43,525 nt of DNA, from positions 1 through 43,525 of IMG/VR virus record IMGVR_UViG_3300032608_000646; one strand, given 5' to 3'. Source of the stretch: a virus (lineage: Duplodnaviria; Caudoviricetes). Both the position numbers and the translations under genes were made by a program. Position 1 is the stretch's first letter, and every line of letters starts with the position of its first letter. The notes under the pieces were generated by a model. It saw only the letters and a list, made by a program, of their open reading frames with translations. It searched no databases and was not told the origin of the DNA. Positions 17,211 through 24,681 of this stretch are shown here, piece after piece.

Positions 17211-18770
17211 ATGGCTTTAGCATTAAATGGAGCGGATCGGGAATATAATAAATTTCAACAAGATTATGTAACAGAACAGGGTACGATTGTTAAAGTAATA
17301 GAGCATGTCGATGCTTTAGCGCATGAAGGATATGTTTTTAGCGCCTCTCATGTATTTGCTAATGTTGCTAATGATGCTGCCGTAGATATGTTATTAGTTG
17401 TTAGTGGTAATAATAATGCTCATGTACATATCGATCTTGCTTGTGGCGGAGGCGCTGCGGTACAAGGAGATGTCTATGAGAGTCCGACTATTACAAATAA
17501 TGGTACATCAGTTACAGTTTATAATATGCAAAGGCGCAGTACTAATGTTGCGCAAACAGTTGCATACTATACACCGACTGTAGGTGCTACAGGATCTACA
17601 GATCTTGTGTCAAAAATAGCTGCTGATTGGCATTTAGTTCCATTGGGACATGGTGAATGGATTTTTGCTAGTGGGAGAATTTATTTAATACGTGCAACAA
17701 ATAGAAGTGGCGCTACTGCAGAAGTTTCATGCCAAATTAGTTGGAGTGAGCGTGCACAAACTTCTTCAAGTTCTAGTTCTTCTAGCTCTAGTTCATCAAG
17801 TTCTAGTTTATCTAGCTCTAGTTCATCAAGTTCAAGTTCTTCAAGCTCTAGTTCATCAAGCTCTAGCTCTTCAAGTTCGAGTTCTTCAAGTTCTAGCTTA
17901 TCAAGTTCTAGTTCTTCATCTAGTTCAAGTTCTAGTTCTTCAAGCTCTAGTTCTTCAAGCTCTAGCTCTTCAAGTTTGAGCTCTAGCTCAAGTTCTAGTT
18001 CTTCAAGTTCTAGTTCATCAAGTTCTAGTTCTTCAAGTTCTAGCTTATCAAGCTCTAGTTCTTCAAGCTCTAGTTCTTCAAGCTCAAGTTCAAGCTCTAG
18101 TTCAAGTTCTAGTTCGCTTACTCAGGAATGGTTTGGGGTTACTAGTGCTAATCTTGATTCAGACTGTGGAGATGATGGTGATAGCACAACTGTTGAAAAT
18201 GCACTTGATGGTACGAATGTGTGGAAACATTCAGTTAATGAGACGCATTGGATGATAATAGATCTTGGTTTAAGTCGTTGGGTAAGTAGCGTTCGTGGTA
18301 GAAGTGGAGGCGATTTAAGTTGGGATCCAACCGTTGTTAATATTTTTGTAAGTGACTCTAAGGTAGATTGGGGGGGTGCTGTAAAGACGGGTATCACTAC
18401 ATGGCAGGATACTACTGTTTGGCAAGAAATTGCACTTACTGCTCAAAAATTTGGTCGTTATGTAAAAGTAGAAATAACTACTACTGAGGACGCGCTAAAC
18501 AATTACTTAGAATTTGGCGGTCCAGCTACTGGATATTTCCCAATTTTTGATGTATATGTGCAAGGAAGTATGTCAAGTTCTAGTTCTAGCAGTTCTAGTT
18601 CTAGTTTAAGCTCTAGCTCTAGCTCTAGTTCTAGTAGCTCAAGTTCTAGTAGCTCAAGTTCAAGTTCTAGTTCAAGTTCTAGCTCTAGCTCTAGTAGTTT
18701 AAGTTCATCAAGTTCTAGCTCTAGTTCAAGTTCTAGTTCAAGTTCTAGTTCAAGTACTAGCGCAGGTTAA
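17211..18770 (+). CDS. poly-serine protein: beta-rich N-domain, poly-Ser, discoidin/F5-8C-like domain, poly-Ser
   Basis: GGAGGTGA RBS; NALDG..W....HWMIIDLG...GRYVKVEI discoidin pattern at 18117-18566. Confidence 0.75.
   Translation: MALALNGADREYNKFQQDYVTEQGTIVKVIEHVDALAHEGYVFSASHVFANVANDAAVDMLLVVSGNNNAHVHIDLACGGGAAVQGDVYESPTITNNGTSVTVYNMQRRSTNVAQTVAYYTPTVGATGSTDLVSKIAADWHLVPLGHGEWIFASGRIYLIRATNRSGATAEVSCQISWSERAQTSSSSSSSSSSSSSSSLSSSSSSSSSSSSSSSSSSSSSSSSSSSSSLSSSSSSSSSSSSSSSSSSSSSSSSSLSSSSSSSSSSSSSSSSSSSSSSLSSSSSSSSSSSSSSSSSSSSSSSLTQEWFGVTSANLDSDCGDDGDSTTVENALDGTNVWKHSVNETHWMIIDLGLSRWVSSVRGRSGGDLSWDPTVVNIFVSDSKVDWGGAVKTGITTWQDTTVWQEIALTAQKFGRYVKVEITTTEDALNNYLEFGGPATGYFPIFDVYVQGSMSSSSSSSSSSSLSSSSSSSSSSSSSSSSSSSSSSSSSSSSSSLSSSSSSSSSSSSSSSSSSTSAG
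17763..18116 (+). repeat. poly-serine coding tract (118 codons)
   Basis: Mixed TCT/TCA/AGT/AGC codons with occasional Leu. Confidence 0.95.
18567..18761 (+). repeat. poly-serine coding tract (~65 codons)
   Basis: Mixed Ser codons with occasional Leu. Confidence 0.95.
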
Positions 18771-18784
18771 GGAGGTGGATAGTT

Positions 18785-20098
18785 TTGAAAAAAGATAAAG
18801 AAGTTAAGGTAAAGGAGATAAATTTTACATATCCATTTTCTATAATTAAAGCGATTGAAATAGAAAAAACGGACAAAGAGGAAGGAAAGTGGATTGTTGA
18901 AGGTTACGCAGGAACTTCTGATTTAGATCTTCAGGGTGATGTTATAATTGAAGAAGCTTTTAAAAACTCTGAGAAAGATTTACTTGAGAATAGTACTGTT
19001 TTATATAATCATGATGTTGATAGACCGATAGGAAAGGTAGAAGAAGTAAAGGCTCAAAAAGAAGGTCTTTGGGTAAAGGTGTTAATATCTAAGACCGCCG
19101 CTGAGCTTTGGCAACAAATTAAGGAAGGGGTTGTGAATAAGTTTTCAATTCGTGGTCAAATAATAAAAAAAGTAGAAGAATACATCACAGAATTGAAAAG
19201 GATAGCTCATGTAATTAAAGAAATGTATTTAGTGGAATGTTCGTTGGTAACATTACCAGCAAACACTAAAGCAAAGACGCTTAATTGGTATGTTCAGAAA
19301 GCGTTAATTGAAAAGGAAAGTCTTAGCCACCCCGGCGTTAAGACAAAAAGTTTTAAAACAAAAGAGGAGGTGAAGGCGCAAATGGAGAAGTTTATACTTA
19401 CAGCGGAGAACCTTAATGCTATAAAGTCTTCAGTTGACACCCTGTTAGAAAGAGCGATTGATGAGGATACTAAGTCACTTCTCAATTCTATAAAGGAAAA
19501 AATGCAAGGTGAGAAGTTGGACGTTGAAAAGAAGTATACTCAGGAAGAAGCGGATGTATTGATAGCGGAAGCAAAAAAGTCAACTGACAACAAGAAGTAT
19601 TCTCAGGAAGAAGTCGACAAGCTGATCGAGGAAACAAAGAAAACAGCTATTGGTGATAAATTGTTTTCTCAGGAAGAAGTTGACAAGATGATCGAGGATG
19701 CGAAGAAGTCTGTTGATGGTAAGTTTACTCAAGAGGAAGTTGATGTAAAAATAGAAGACTCTAAGAAATCTATTATTACAGAAAAAGAAGGAGTAGAAAA
19801 GAAGCTTTCTGATCTTGAGACAAAGGTTAAAAAGATGGAGGCCGAAGCCAATGTTGCAAAGAAATGGGATGCAATGGCTGACAGCTATAAAGAAGAAGAC
19901 GCCGTTGCAATAAAGGCTATTCTTTTGAAGTCTGAAATGGGAGAAGTTGTAACTCTCGAAGAAACAACTACATTGATCGAAAAGAAGCTTGGTTCAAGGT
20001 TACGAGTATCTTCACCCGATATTAAATCGGGTGATACGTCTGAAACAAGAAAAGCGGAGTTAAGAAAACTGGGTGGAATTAGACCCAGGAAAACATAA
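18785..20098 (+). CDS. HK97-family prohead protease fused to scaffold domain
   Basis: VEGYAGTSDLDLQGD, VLYNHD..RPIG, FSIRG, LVECSLVTLPAN; C-terminal coiled coil with four (Y/F)(S/T)QEE repeats. Confidence 0.92.
   Translation: MKKDKEVKVKEINFTYPFSIIKAIEIEKTDKEEGKWIVEGYAGTSDLDLQGDVIIEEAFKNSEKDLLENSTVLYNHDVDRPIGKVEEVKAQKEGLWVKVLISKTAAELWQQIKEGVVNKFSIRGQIIKKVEEYITELKRIAHVIKEMYLVECSLVTLPANTKAKTLNWYVQKALIEKESLSHPGVKTKSFKTKEEVKAQMEKFILTAENLNAIKSSVDTLLERAIDEDTKSLLNSIKEKMQGEKLDVEKKYTQEEADVLIAEAKKSTDNKKYSQEEVDKLIEETKKTAIGDKLFSQEEVDKMIEDAKKSVDGKFTQEEVDVKIEDSKKSIITEKEGVEKKLSDLETKVKKMEAEANVAKKWDAMADSYKEEDAVAIKAILLKSEMGEVVTLEETTTLIEKKLGSRLRVSSPDIKSGDTSETRKAELRKLGGIRPRKT
19382..20098 (+). CDS. nested in-frame scaffold protein
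   Basis: GGAGGTGA at 19366-19373, 8 nt before an in-frame ATG that follows the protease domain. Confidence 0.6.
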   Translation: MEKFILTAENLNAIKSSVDTLLERAIDEDTKSLLNSIKEKMQGEKLDVEKKYTQEEADVLIAEAKKSTDNKKYSQEEVDKLIEETKKTAIGDKLFSQEEVDKMIEDAKKSVDGKFTQEEVDVKIEDSKKSIITEKEGVEKKLSDLETKVKKMEAEANVAKKWDAMADSYKEEDAVAIKAILLKSEMGEVVTLEETTTLIEKKLGSRLRVSSPDIKSGDTSETRKAELRKLGGIRPRKT

Positions 20099-20125
20099 CC
20101 ATAGCCACTAAGGAGGTGAGACCTA

Positions 20126-20503
20126 ATGGATGTTGTTGCTCTAGAGAATAGTTTTGGAGTGAAATTAGCAGCCGGTACATGTGTTGCGCCGGGAGTTCTG
20201 GTTCAGGTTAATTCAAGCGGTCAGGGTGTAATTGCCCAAGATTCATCTACTGCTCGTAAGCCGCATGGATTTTCGTTGACTTCTGGTTGCGGAACAAAAA
20301 CAACTGGATTGTCGCAATACGTTAGGTTGAACAGAACTGGTAGAGTTGTTGATATTGGTAGGACCTTGACCAAAGGTGGTAAGGTATACTGTATCGACGG
20401 TGGCTTATACGACACGACAGCCCCAGCTACTACAAACTACATTGTTGGTTTTGCGTTAGATGATGATGAAGTTTATGTAGACTTGGACGTTAGTGCGTTA
20501 TAA
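20126..20503 (+). CDS. head decoration/cement protein, copy 1
   Basis: Small Gly-rich beta protein between scaffold and MCP, ending IVGFALDDDEVYVD; strong RBS. Confidence 0.7.
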   Translation: MDVVALENSFGVKLAAGTCVAPGVLVQVNSSGQGVIAQDSSTARKPHGFSLTSGCGTKTTGLSQYVRLNRTGRVVDIGRTLTKGGKVYCIDGGLYDTTAPATTNYIVGFALDDDEVYVDLDVSAL

Positions 20504-20522
20504 GTTTGGAGGTGAGACCTAA

Positions 20523-20897
20523 ATGGATGTTGTAGCTTTAGAGAAAAGTTTTGGAGTTAAGCTATCATCGGGCGTGTGTGTTGCGCCTGGGGTCTTAGTT
20601 AATGTTAATTCTAGTGGACAGGGGATAATTGCAAATAATACTAACCCTTATAAGCCGCATGGATTTGCTTTAACTTCTGGTTGCGGAACAAAAACAACCG
20701 GGCTCTCTCAGTATGTTAGACTTAACAGAGAAGGTAGAGTGGTTGATATAGGAAGGACGTTAACAAAAGGTGGTAAGGTGTTTTGTATAGATGGTGGGTT
20801 GTATTCCACTTCTGCGCCTGGAACCACAGATTACATTGTAGGGTTTGCGCTAGATGATGACGAAGTGTTCGTTGACCTAGACGTGAGCGCACTATAA
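20523..20897 (+). CDS. head decoration/cement protein, copy 2
   Basis: About 83% identical to copy 1 by manual alignment (21 differences over 125 positions). Confidence 0.7.
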   Translation: MDVVALEKSFGVKLSSGVCVAPGVLVNVNSSGQGIIANNTNPYKPHGFALTSGCGTKTTGLSQYVRLNREGRVVDIGRTLTKGGKVFCIDGGLYSTSAPGTTDYIVGFALDDDEVFVDLDVSAL

Positions 20898-20914
20898 AGA
20901 GGAGGTGACTTTAG

Positions 20915-21943
20915 ATGCCTGTTAGTTCAAGAGGTTTTACTACCACAGACGGCATAGACCTTAATGAAATCCTCTATAATACAGTATTACCTATTGTAGA
21001 TTTGTATAATAATGAGGAAGTACTTGATTTAAGGGCTATGATGTGTATGGATGGAGATGAGAGTTACTTCAAGTTTGATGCTTCTGGCAGATGGAAATTC
21101 CAGATTCTTGCTGAAGCTGAAAAACCAATCTCAAGAAAGATAGAATACGGCAAGAGACAAAAAGATGTTACAAAGTATGGTTTAGACATTGACTATACGT
21201 TTGATTGGTTGATGAGTGAGCAGTCAAGTTCAACAGAGATTGCTTATAAGGCAGGTAAGGCTGTAACAAGGGACAGAGCTTTACAGACGTCTGTTATTTT
21301 AGACGCTGCTGTTACAAGCAGTACAGATGGTTGGTACAATGGCAGTTTTGCAACGCTTGAAAAGATGAACATACCACCTACTTTTGGTGGTAACACTTTT
21401 ACAGCTGCGCATACTCATTATGTTGGTGGAGGTTCATCTACACTAGCATTGAGTTATATTACTGCTGCGAAGAAACATTTAAAGGAACATGGTTATAAAG
21501 GTACTATGTGGGGCCTTTGTAATGCTAATATGTTCGAAAAGATCGAAAACCTGGCAGGATGGGCTGCGTTATCTTCAACAGCCTTTATAATTTCCAATAA
21601 AGTCGTAGATGGTGTAGCAGTTGATGGCTTTAGGGGAAGGCTGCTTGGTATTGATTGGAAAGAAACTGAATGGATGCCTGACAACTATTTCATGTTAGTA
21701 GGTTCAGGTGATGGACTACAAGACAAGCCTTTTAGGTTTATTCAAAAGAAAAATCCGAGAGCAAAGGGTTTGATTCTTACACCTGGTAGTTATAATGTAG
21801 AGTATCCGATCATTGATGCTACTTACTTACATTGGTTAGCTGCTCAGAGCTTAAATAGAGGTGCTGGTGTTGTTTATTACTTAGGGGCAAGTTGGTCAAA
21901 TCCAACTGCAATTACAACTAACGTTGTAGACGATGGCAGTTAA
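20915..21943 (+). CDS. major capsid protein (HK97 fold, putative)
   Basis: 342 aa, canonical position, GAGGAGGTGA RBS, GRLLGIDWKETEWMP motif typical of HK97-fold A-domains. Confidence 0.8.
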   Translation: MPVSSRGFTTTDGIDLNEILYNTVLPIVDLYNNEEVLDLRAMMCMDGDESYFKFDASGRWKFQILAEAEKPISRKIEYGKRQKDVTKYGLDIDYTFDWLMSEQSSSTEIAYKAGKAVTRDRALQTSVILDAAVTSSTDGWYNGSFATLEKMNIPPTFGGNTFTAAHTHYVGGGSSTLALSYITAAKKHLKEHGYKGTMWGLCNANMFEKIENLAGWAALSSTAFIISNKVVDGVAVDGFRGRLLGIDWKETEWMPDNYFMLVGSGDGLQDKPFRFIQKKNPRAKGLILTPGSYNVEYPIIDATYLHWLAAQSLNRGAGVVYYLGASWSNPTAITTNVVDDGS

Positions 21944-21960
21944 ATTCAATTGACAGAATC

Positions 21961-21987
21961 GAGGAGGGGCTAAATAAGCCCCTCCTC
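21961..21987 (+). terminator. strong hairpin after capsid gene (no U-tract)
   Basis: GAGGAGGGGCT-aaata-AGCCCCTCCTC, perfect 11 bp. Confidence 0.55.
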
Positions 21988-22000
21988 ACGATAGGAGGAT

Positions 22001-22396
22001 ATGATGGGTAGACCGAGTAAATTGAGTAAAAAAACAGAATACAGAGTAGTAAGAAGCTTTCCATATTTTGGTAAAGATGGTAAAGGTAAGAAAAGCGTTG
22101 TTATTGGTCCGGGGGAACCATTACCGAAATTAGAATCAGCTTTAATTGAGAACTTATTGAATGAAGGAAGAATATGCGCCGTTGATATGTACGGAGAGAA
22201 CATACCAAATAATAAATTAGAGGTTCTTTCAGCAGAAGAAGTAGAACGTCTTTTTGATGGCAAAGGTGCTCAAGCCGTTCTTTCTATTTTAGCAACTGCT
22301 AGTTTTGATGCTGATACATTAGGAAGAATGCTTTTGGCTGCTGAAAAATTCAGAATGCCTGATTTGGTTGTGCAAGCAATAGAAGCAAAAATGTAA
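22001..22396 (+). CDS. hypothetical protein after MCP
   Basis: AGGAGG RBS; position typical of small head-associated proteins. Confidence 0.6.
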   Translation: MMGRPSKLSKKTEYRVVRSFPYFGKDGKGKKSVVIGPGEPLPKLESALIENLLNEGRICAVDMYGENIPNNKLEVLSAEEVERLFDGKGAQAVLSILATASFDADTLGRMLLAAEKFRMPDLVVQAIEAKM

Positions 22397-22431
22397 CTTA
22401 ACTTTAGGATAGATAGAAAGGGGAGGGCGCA

Positions 22432-24669
22432 ATGGATAAGCAAAAACTGCTTATAGTATCAGATACTCCAACTCTAAGGACTGGACTTGGAAGAATTACC
22501 CGGGAAATAACATCAAGATGCACACAGTTTTATGATGTGGCAGTAGGCGGGTGGCATCATTTACCGCTATTAAGGCACTCTTATGATTATTATATATACC
22601 CGTTAGATAAAGTGCCCCGTGATCAAGGCAATCAGTTAGCGGCAGTGCTGCAAGACTTCAACCCAGACATTCTCTTAGCTATTGGAGATATCTGGGATTT
22701 TTTTTATGCTGAGTCAATTATTACGCAGTATAGAGATCAAGTTAAACCTTTAAAGGCATTTTTGTGGCTTACTGTTGATGGTGAATATTTAAATCCTGGT
22801 TGGGGTGACATATTGCGTACATTTGATGGGGTAGCTACTTTTTCACATTCAGGGTTGGAAGAAATAAAGAAGTATAAAATAAAGAATAATTATTCTGTTA
22901 TATATCCAGGCTTGGATAAGAATACATTTTTTCCATATCCTAAAGATTTTAAGTGGAAAAAAGAAAGCGTAATTGAAGTTGAAAAGACTTTTATGTGTTT
23001 AGTGGTTGGCCAGAATTCAGAGAGGAAGAACATGCCAGCTACTTTAGAAGCTTTTGCTGAATTTCAAAGAGATAAGTCAGATGTATTACTTTTTATGGTT
23101 ACAGACCCAAGAGAACCTTTTGGGCATGATCTTTGGACAATAGTTAAGAAATTAGAGATAGGATCAAAAGTTATGGTAGCTAAAAATGCGCATCCACGAA
23201 GCGGGATACCTGAGATTAAATTGAACCTCCTCTACAATATGGCAACTTGTATCGTTAATACCGCAGTGGGCGAAGGATGTGGACTACCTTTACTAGAAGC
23301 ACAGGCTGTTAATTGTGTGCCTATGTGTGTTAATTATGCTAGTTCCCCTGAAATAGTGCAAGACAGGGGAAGAGTTTTTGATATTGGTGCAATGATATAT
23401 GGTGAGTATGGAGTTAAACGCGCTATTGTATCGCAAAAAAGTGTTGTTAGTAATCTAAATGACTTATATAAATCCTGGAAGGGTGATAGAAGTTTAATCA
23501 AAGAATATAATAAAAAAGGAATTGCCTTTGCCAGTAATTTTAGCTGGGAAAAAACAGTAGAAGAACTTCATACATTTATGGAGGCTCCTAGTATTTCAGA
23601 TAATACTAGAGGTTGGGTCAAAGAAAAGATTAAATTGGAACATTTAAAATTAATGATGGTTGTTCCATCATGGGGCAAGAATTGCGGGATAGCGGAATAT
23701 TCAAAAGAACTTATGGCTGCTATTGAGTTTAATAAGAAAGAGACTATGGTATTTCCGAGTAATGACCCTACGGCAATTGTGGCAGCGGCTAAAGAAAATA
23801 AGTGTAATTGTGTATGCCTTCAGCATGAGTTTGTCTTTTTTCAAGATAGATTCGCGTTAGAGCAGCTTTTGATTACCTTGAAAAAAGAAAACATTAAATC
23901 AGTAGTTGAGTTGCATACCTATTCACCATTAGCAAATTACAATCAGATGGTATTAGAACACGCTGATGAAGTTATAGTTCATTGTGATAAATTTAAAGAA
24001 TCTATGACTAAAGGAAAAGAGGTAGAACACCTTCGCATACTGCCAATGGGTTGTAAACCTCCTGTTAGTTTTGACTTGGTAGAAATTAAAAAGGAACTTA
24101 AATTAGAAAACAAGTTTCCTATAGTTGGGTCATTTGGGTTTATGAGGGATCAAAAAGGCTATCATGATATTGCGAAAGCAATAAGAGAGTTAAGGGATAT
24201 TTATAAAGATATCTTCTTTCTTTTGGTAGCGCCTCGGCATGAATTTGGAAGCTCGGCCTATGAGGAAACTTTTTATAGATTTATTGAGGATTTGCAATTA
24301 CAAGATAGGGCTTTAATAATAAGAGAATATATGCCTGAAGAAAAGTTATTGAAAACATTAGCTTGCGCTGACATGTTTATTCTAAATTATAAGCCTTCTC
24401 CTGCTGGGGGAGGCAATTCAGCGGCTGTTAAAACTTTAATGCGTGCTCAACGTCCTATAGCAGTTTCAGATACATTATATTTTGCTGATTTGCCAGGCAC
24501 TGTAGTTTGTAAATTAAAAACTACTACTGTGGATAGCTTAAAAGGCGTTATTAAAGAATTAGTTGATAATAAGAAGAAAAGCGCTGAATATGTAAAGAAC
24601 GCTAATAAATATTTAAATAATAATTTATGGAATAATGTAGCGGCAAAACATATTGCTATTTATTCTTAA
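22432..24669 (+). CDS. tandem double GT-B (GT4-like) glycosyltransferase
   Basis: Module 1: SDTPTLRTGLG, VGQNSERKN, GEGCGLPLLEAQA, FSWE. Module 2: PSWGKNCGIAEYS, FGFMRDQKG, ADMFILNY, W.NVAAKH...Y. Confidence 0.9.
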   Translation: MDKQKLLIVSDTPTLRTGLGRITREITSRCTQFYDVAVGGWHHLPLLRHSYDYYIYPLDKVPRDQGNQLAAVLQDFNPDILLAIGDIWDFFYAESIITQYRDQVKPLKAFLWLTVDGEYLNPGWGDILRTFDGVATFSHSGLEEIKKYKIKNNYSVIYPGLDKNTFFPYPKDFKWKKESVIEVEKTFMCLVVGQNSERKNMPATLEAFAEFQRDKSDVLLFMVTDPREPFGHDLWTIVKKLEIGSKVMVAKNAHPRSGIPEIKLNLLYNMATCIVNTAVGEGCGLPLLEAQAVNCVPMCVNYASSPEIVQDRGRVFDIGAMIYGEYGVKRAIVSQKSVVSNLNDLYKSWKGDRSLIKEYNKKGIAFASNFSWEKTVEELHTFMEAPSISDNTRGWVKEKIKLEHLKLMMVVPSWGKNCGIAEYSKELMAAIEFNKKETMVFPSNDPTAIVAAAKENKCNCVCLQHEFVFFQDRFALEQLLITLKKENIKSVVELHTYSPLANYNQMVLEHADEVIVHCDKFKESMTKGKEVEHLRILPMGCKPPVSFDLVEIKKELKLENKFPIVGSFGFMRDQKGYHDIAKAIRELRDIYKDIFFLLVAPRHEFGSSAYEETFYRFIEDLQLQDRALIIREYMPEEKLLKTLACADMFILNYKPSPAGGGNSAAVKTLMRAQRPIAVSDTLYFADLPGTVVCKLKTTTVDSLKGVIKELVDNKKKSAEYVKNANKYLNNNLWNNVAAKHIAIYS

Positions 24670-24681
24670 AGGAGCATAGAA

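Noticed and set aside
17692-17979. Alternative-frame L/V/Q-rich ORF
   Set aside because: Off-frame reading of the Ser repeat.
17763-18761. Possible CRISPR array or satellite DNA
   Set aside because: No constant repeat with unique spacers; fully explained as in-frame Ser codons.
20126-20897. Possible DGR template/variable repeat pair
   Set aside because: Differences are not adenine-specific, both copies are intact genes, and no reverse transcriptase is in the window.
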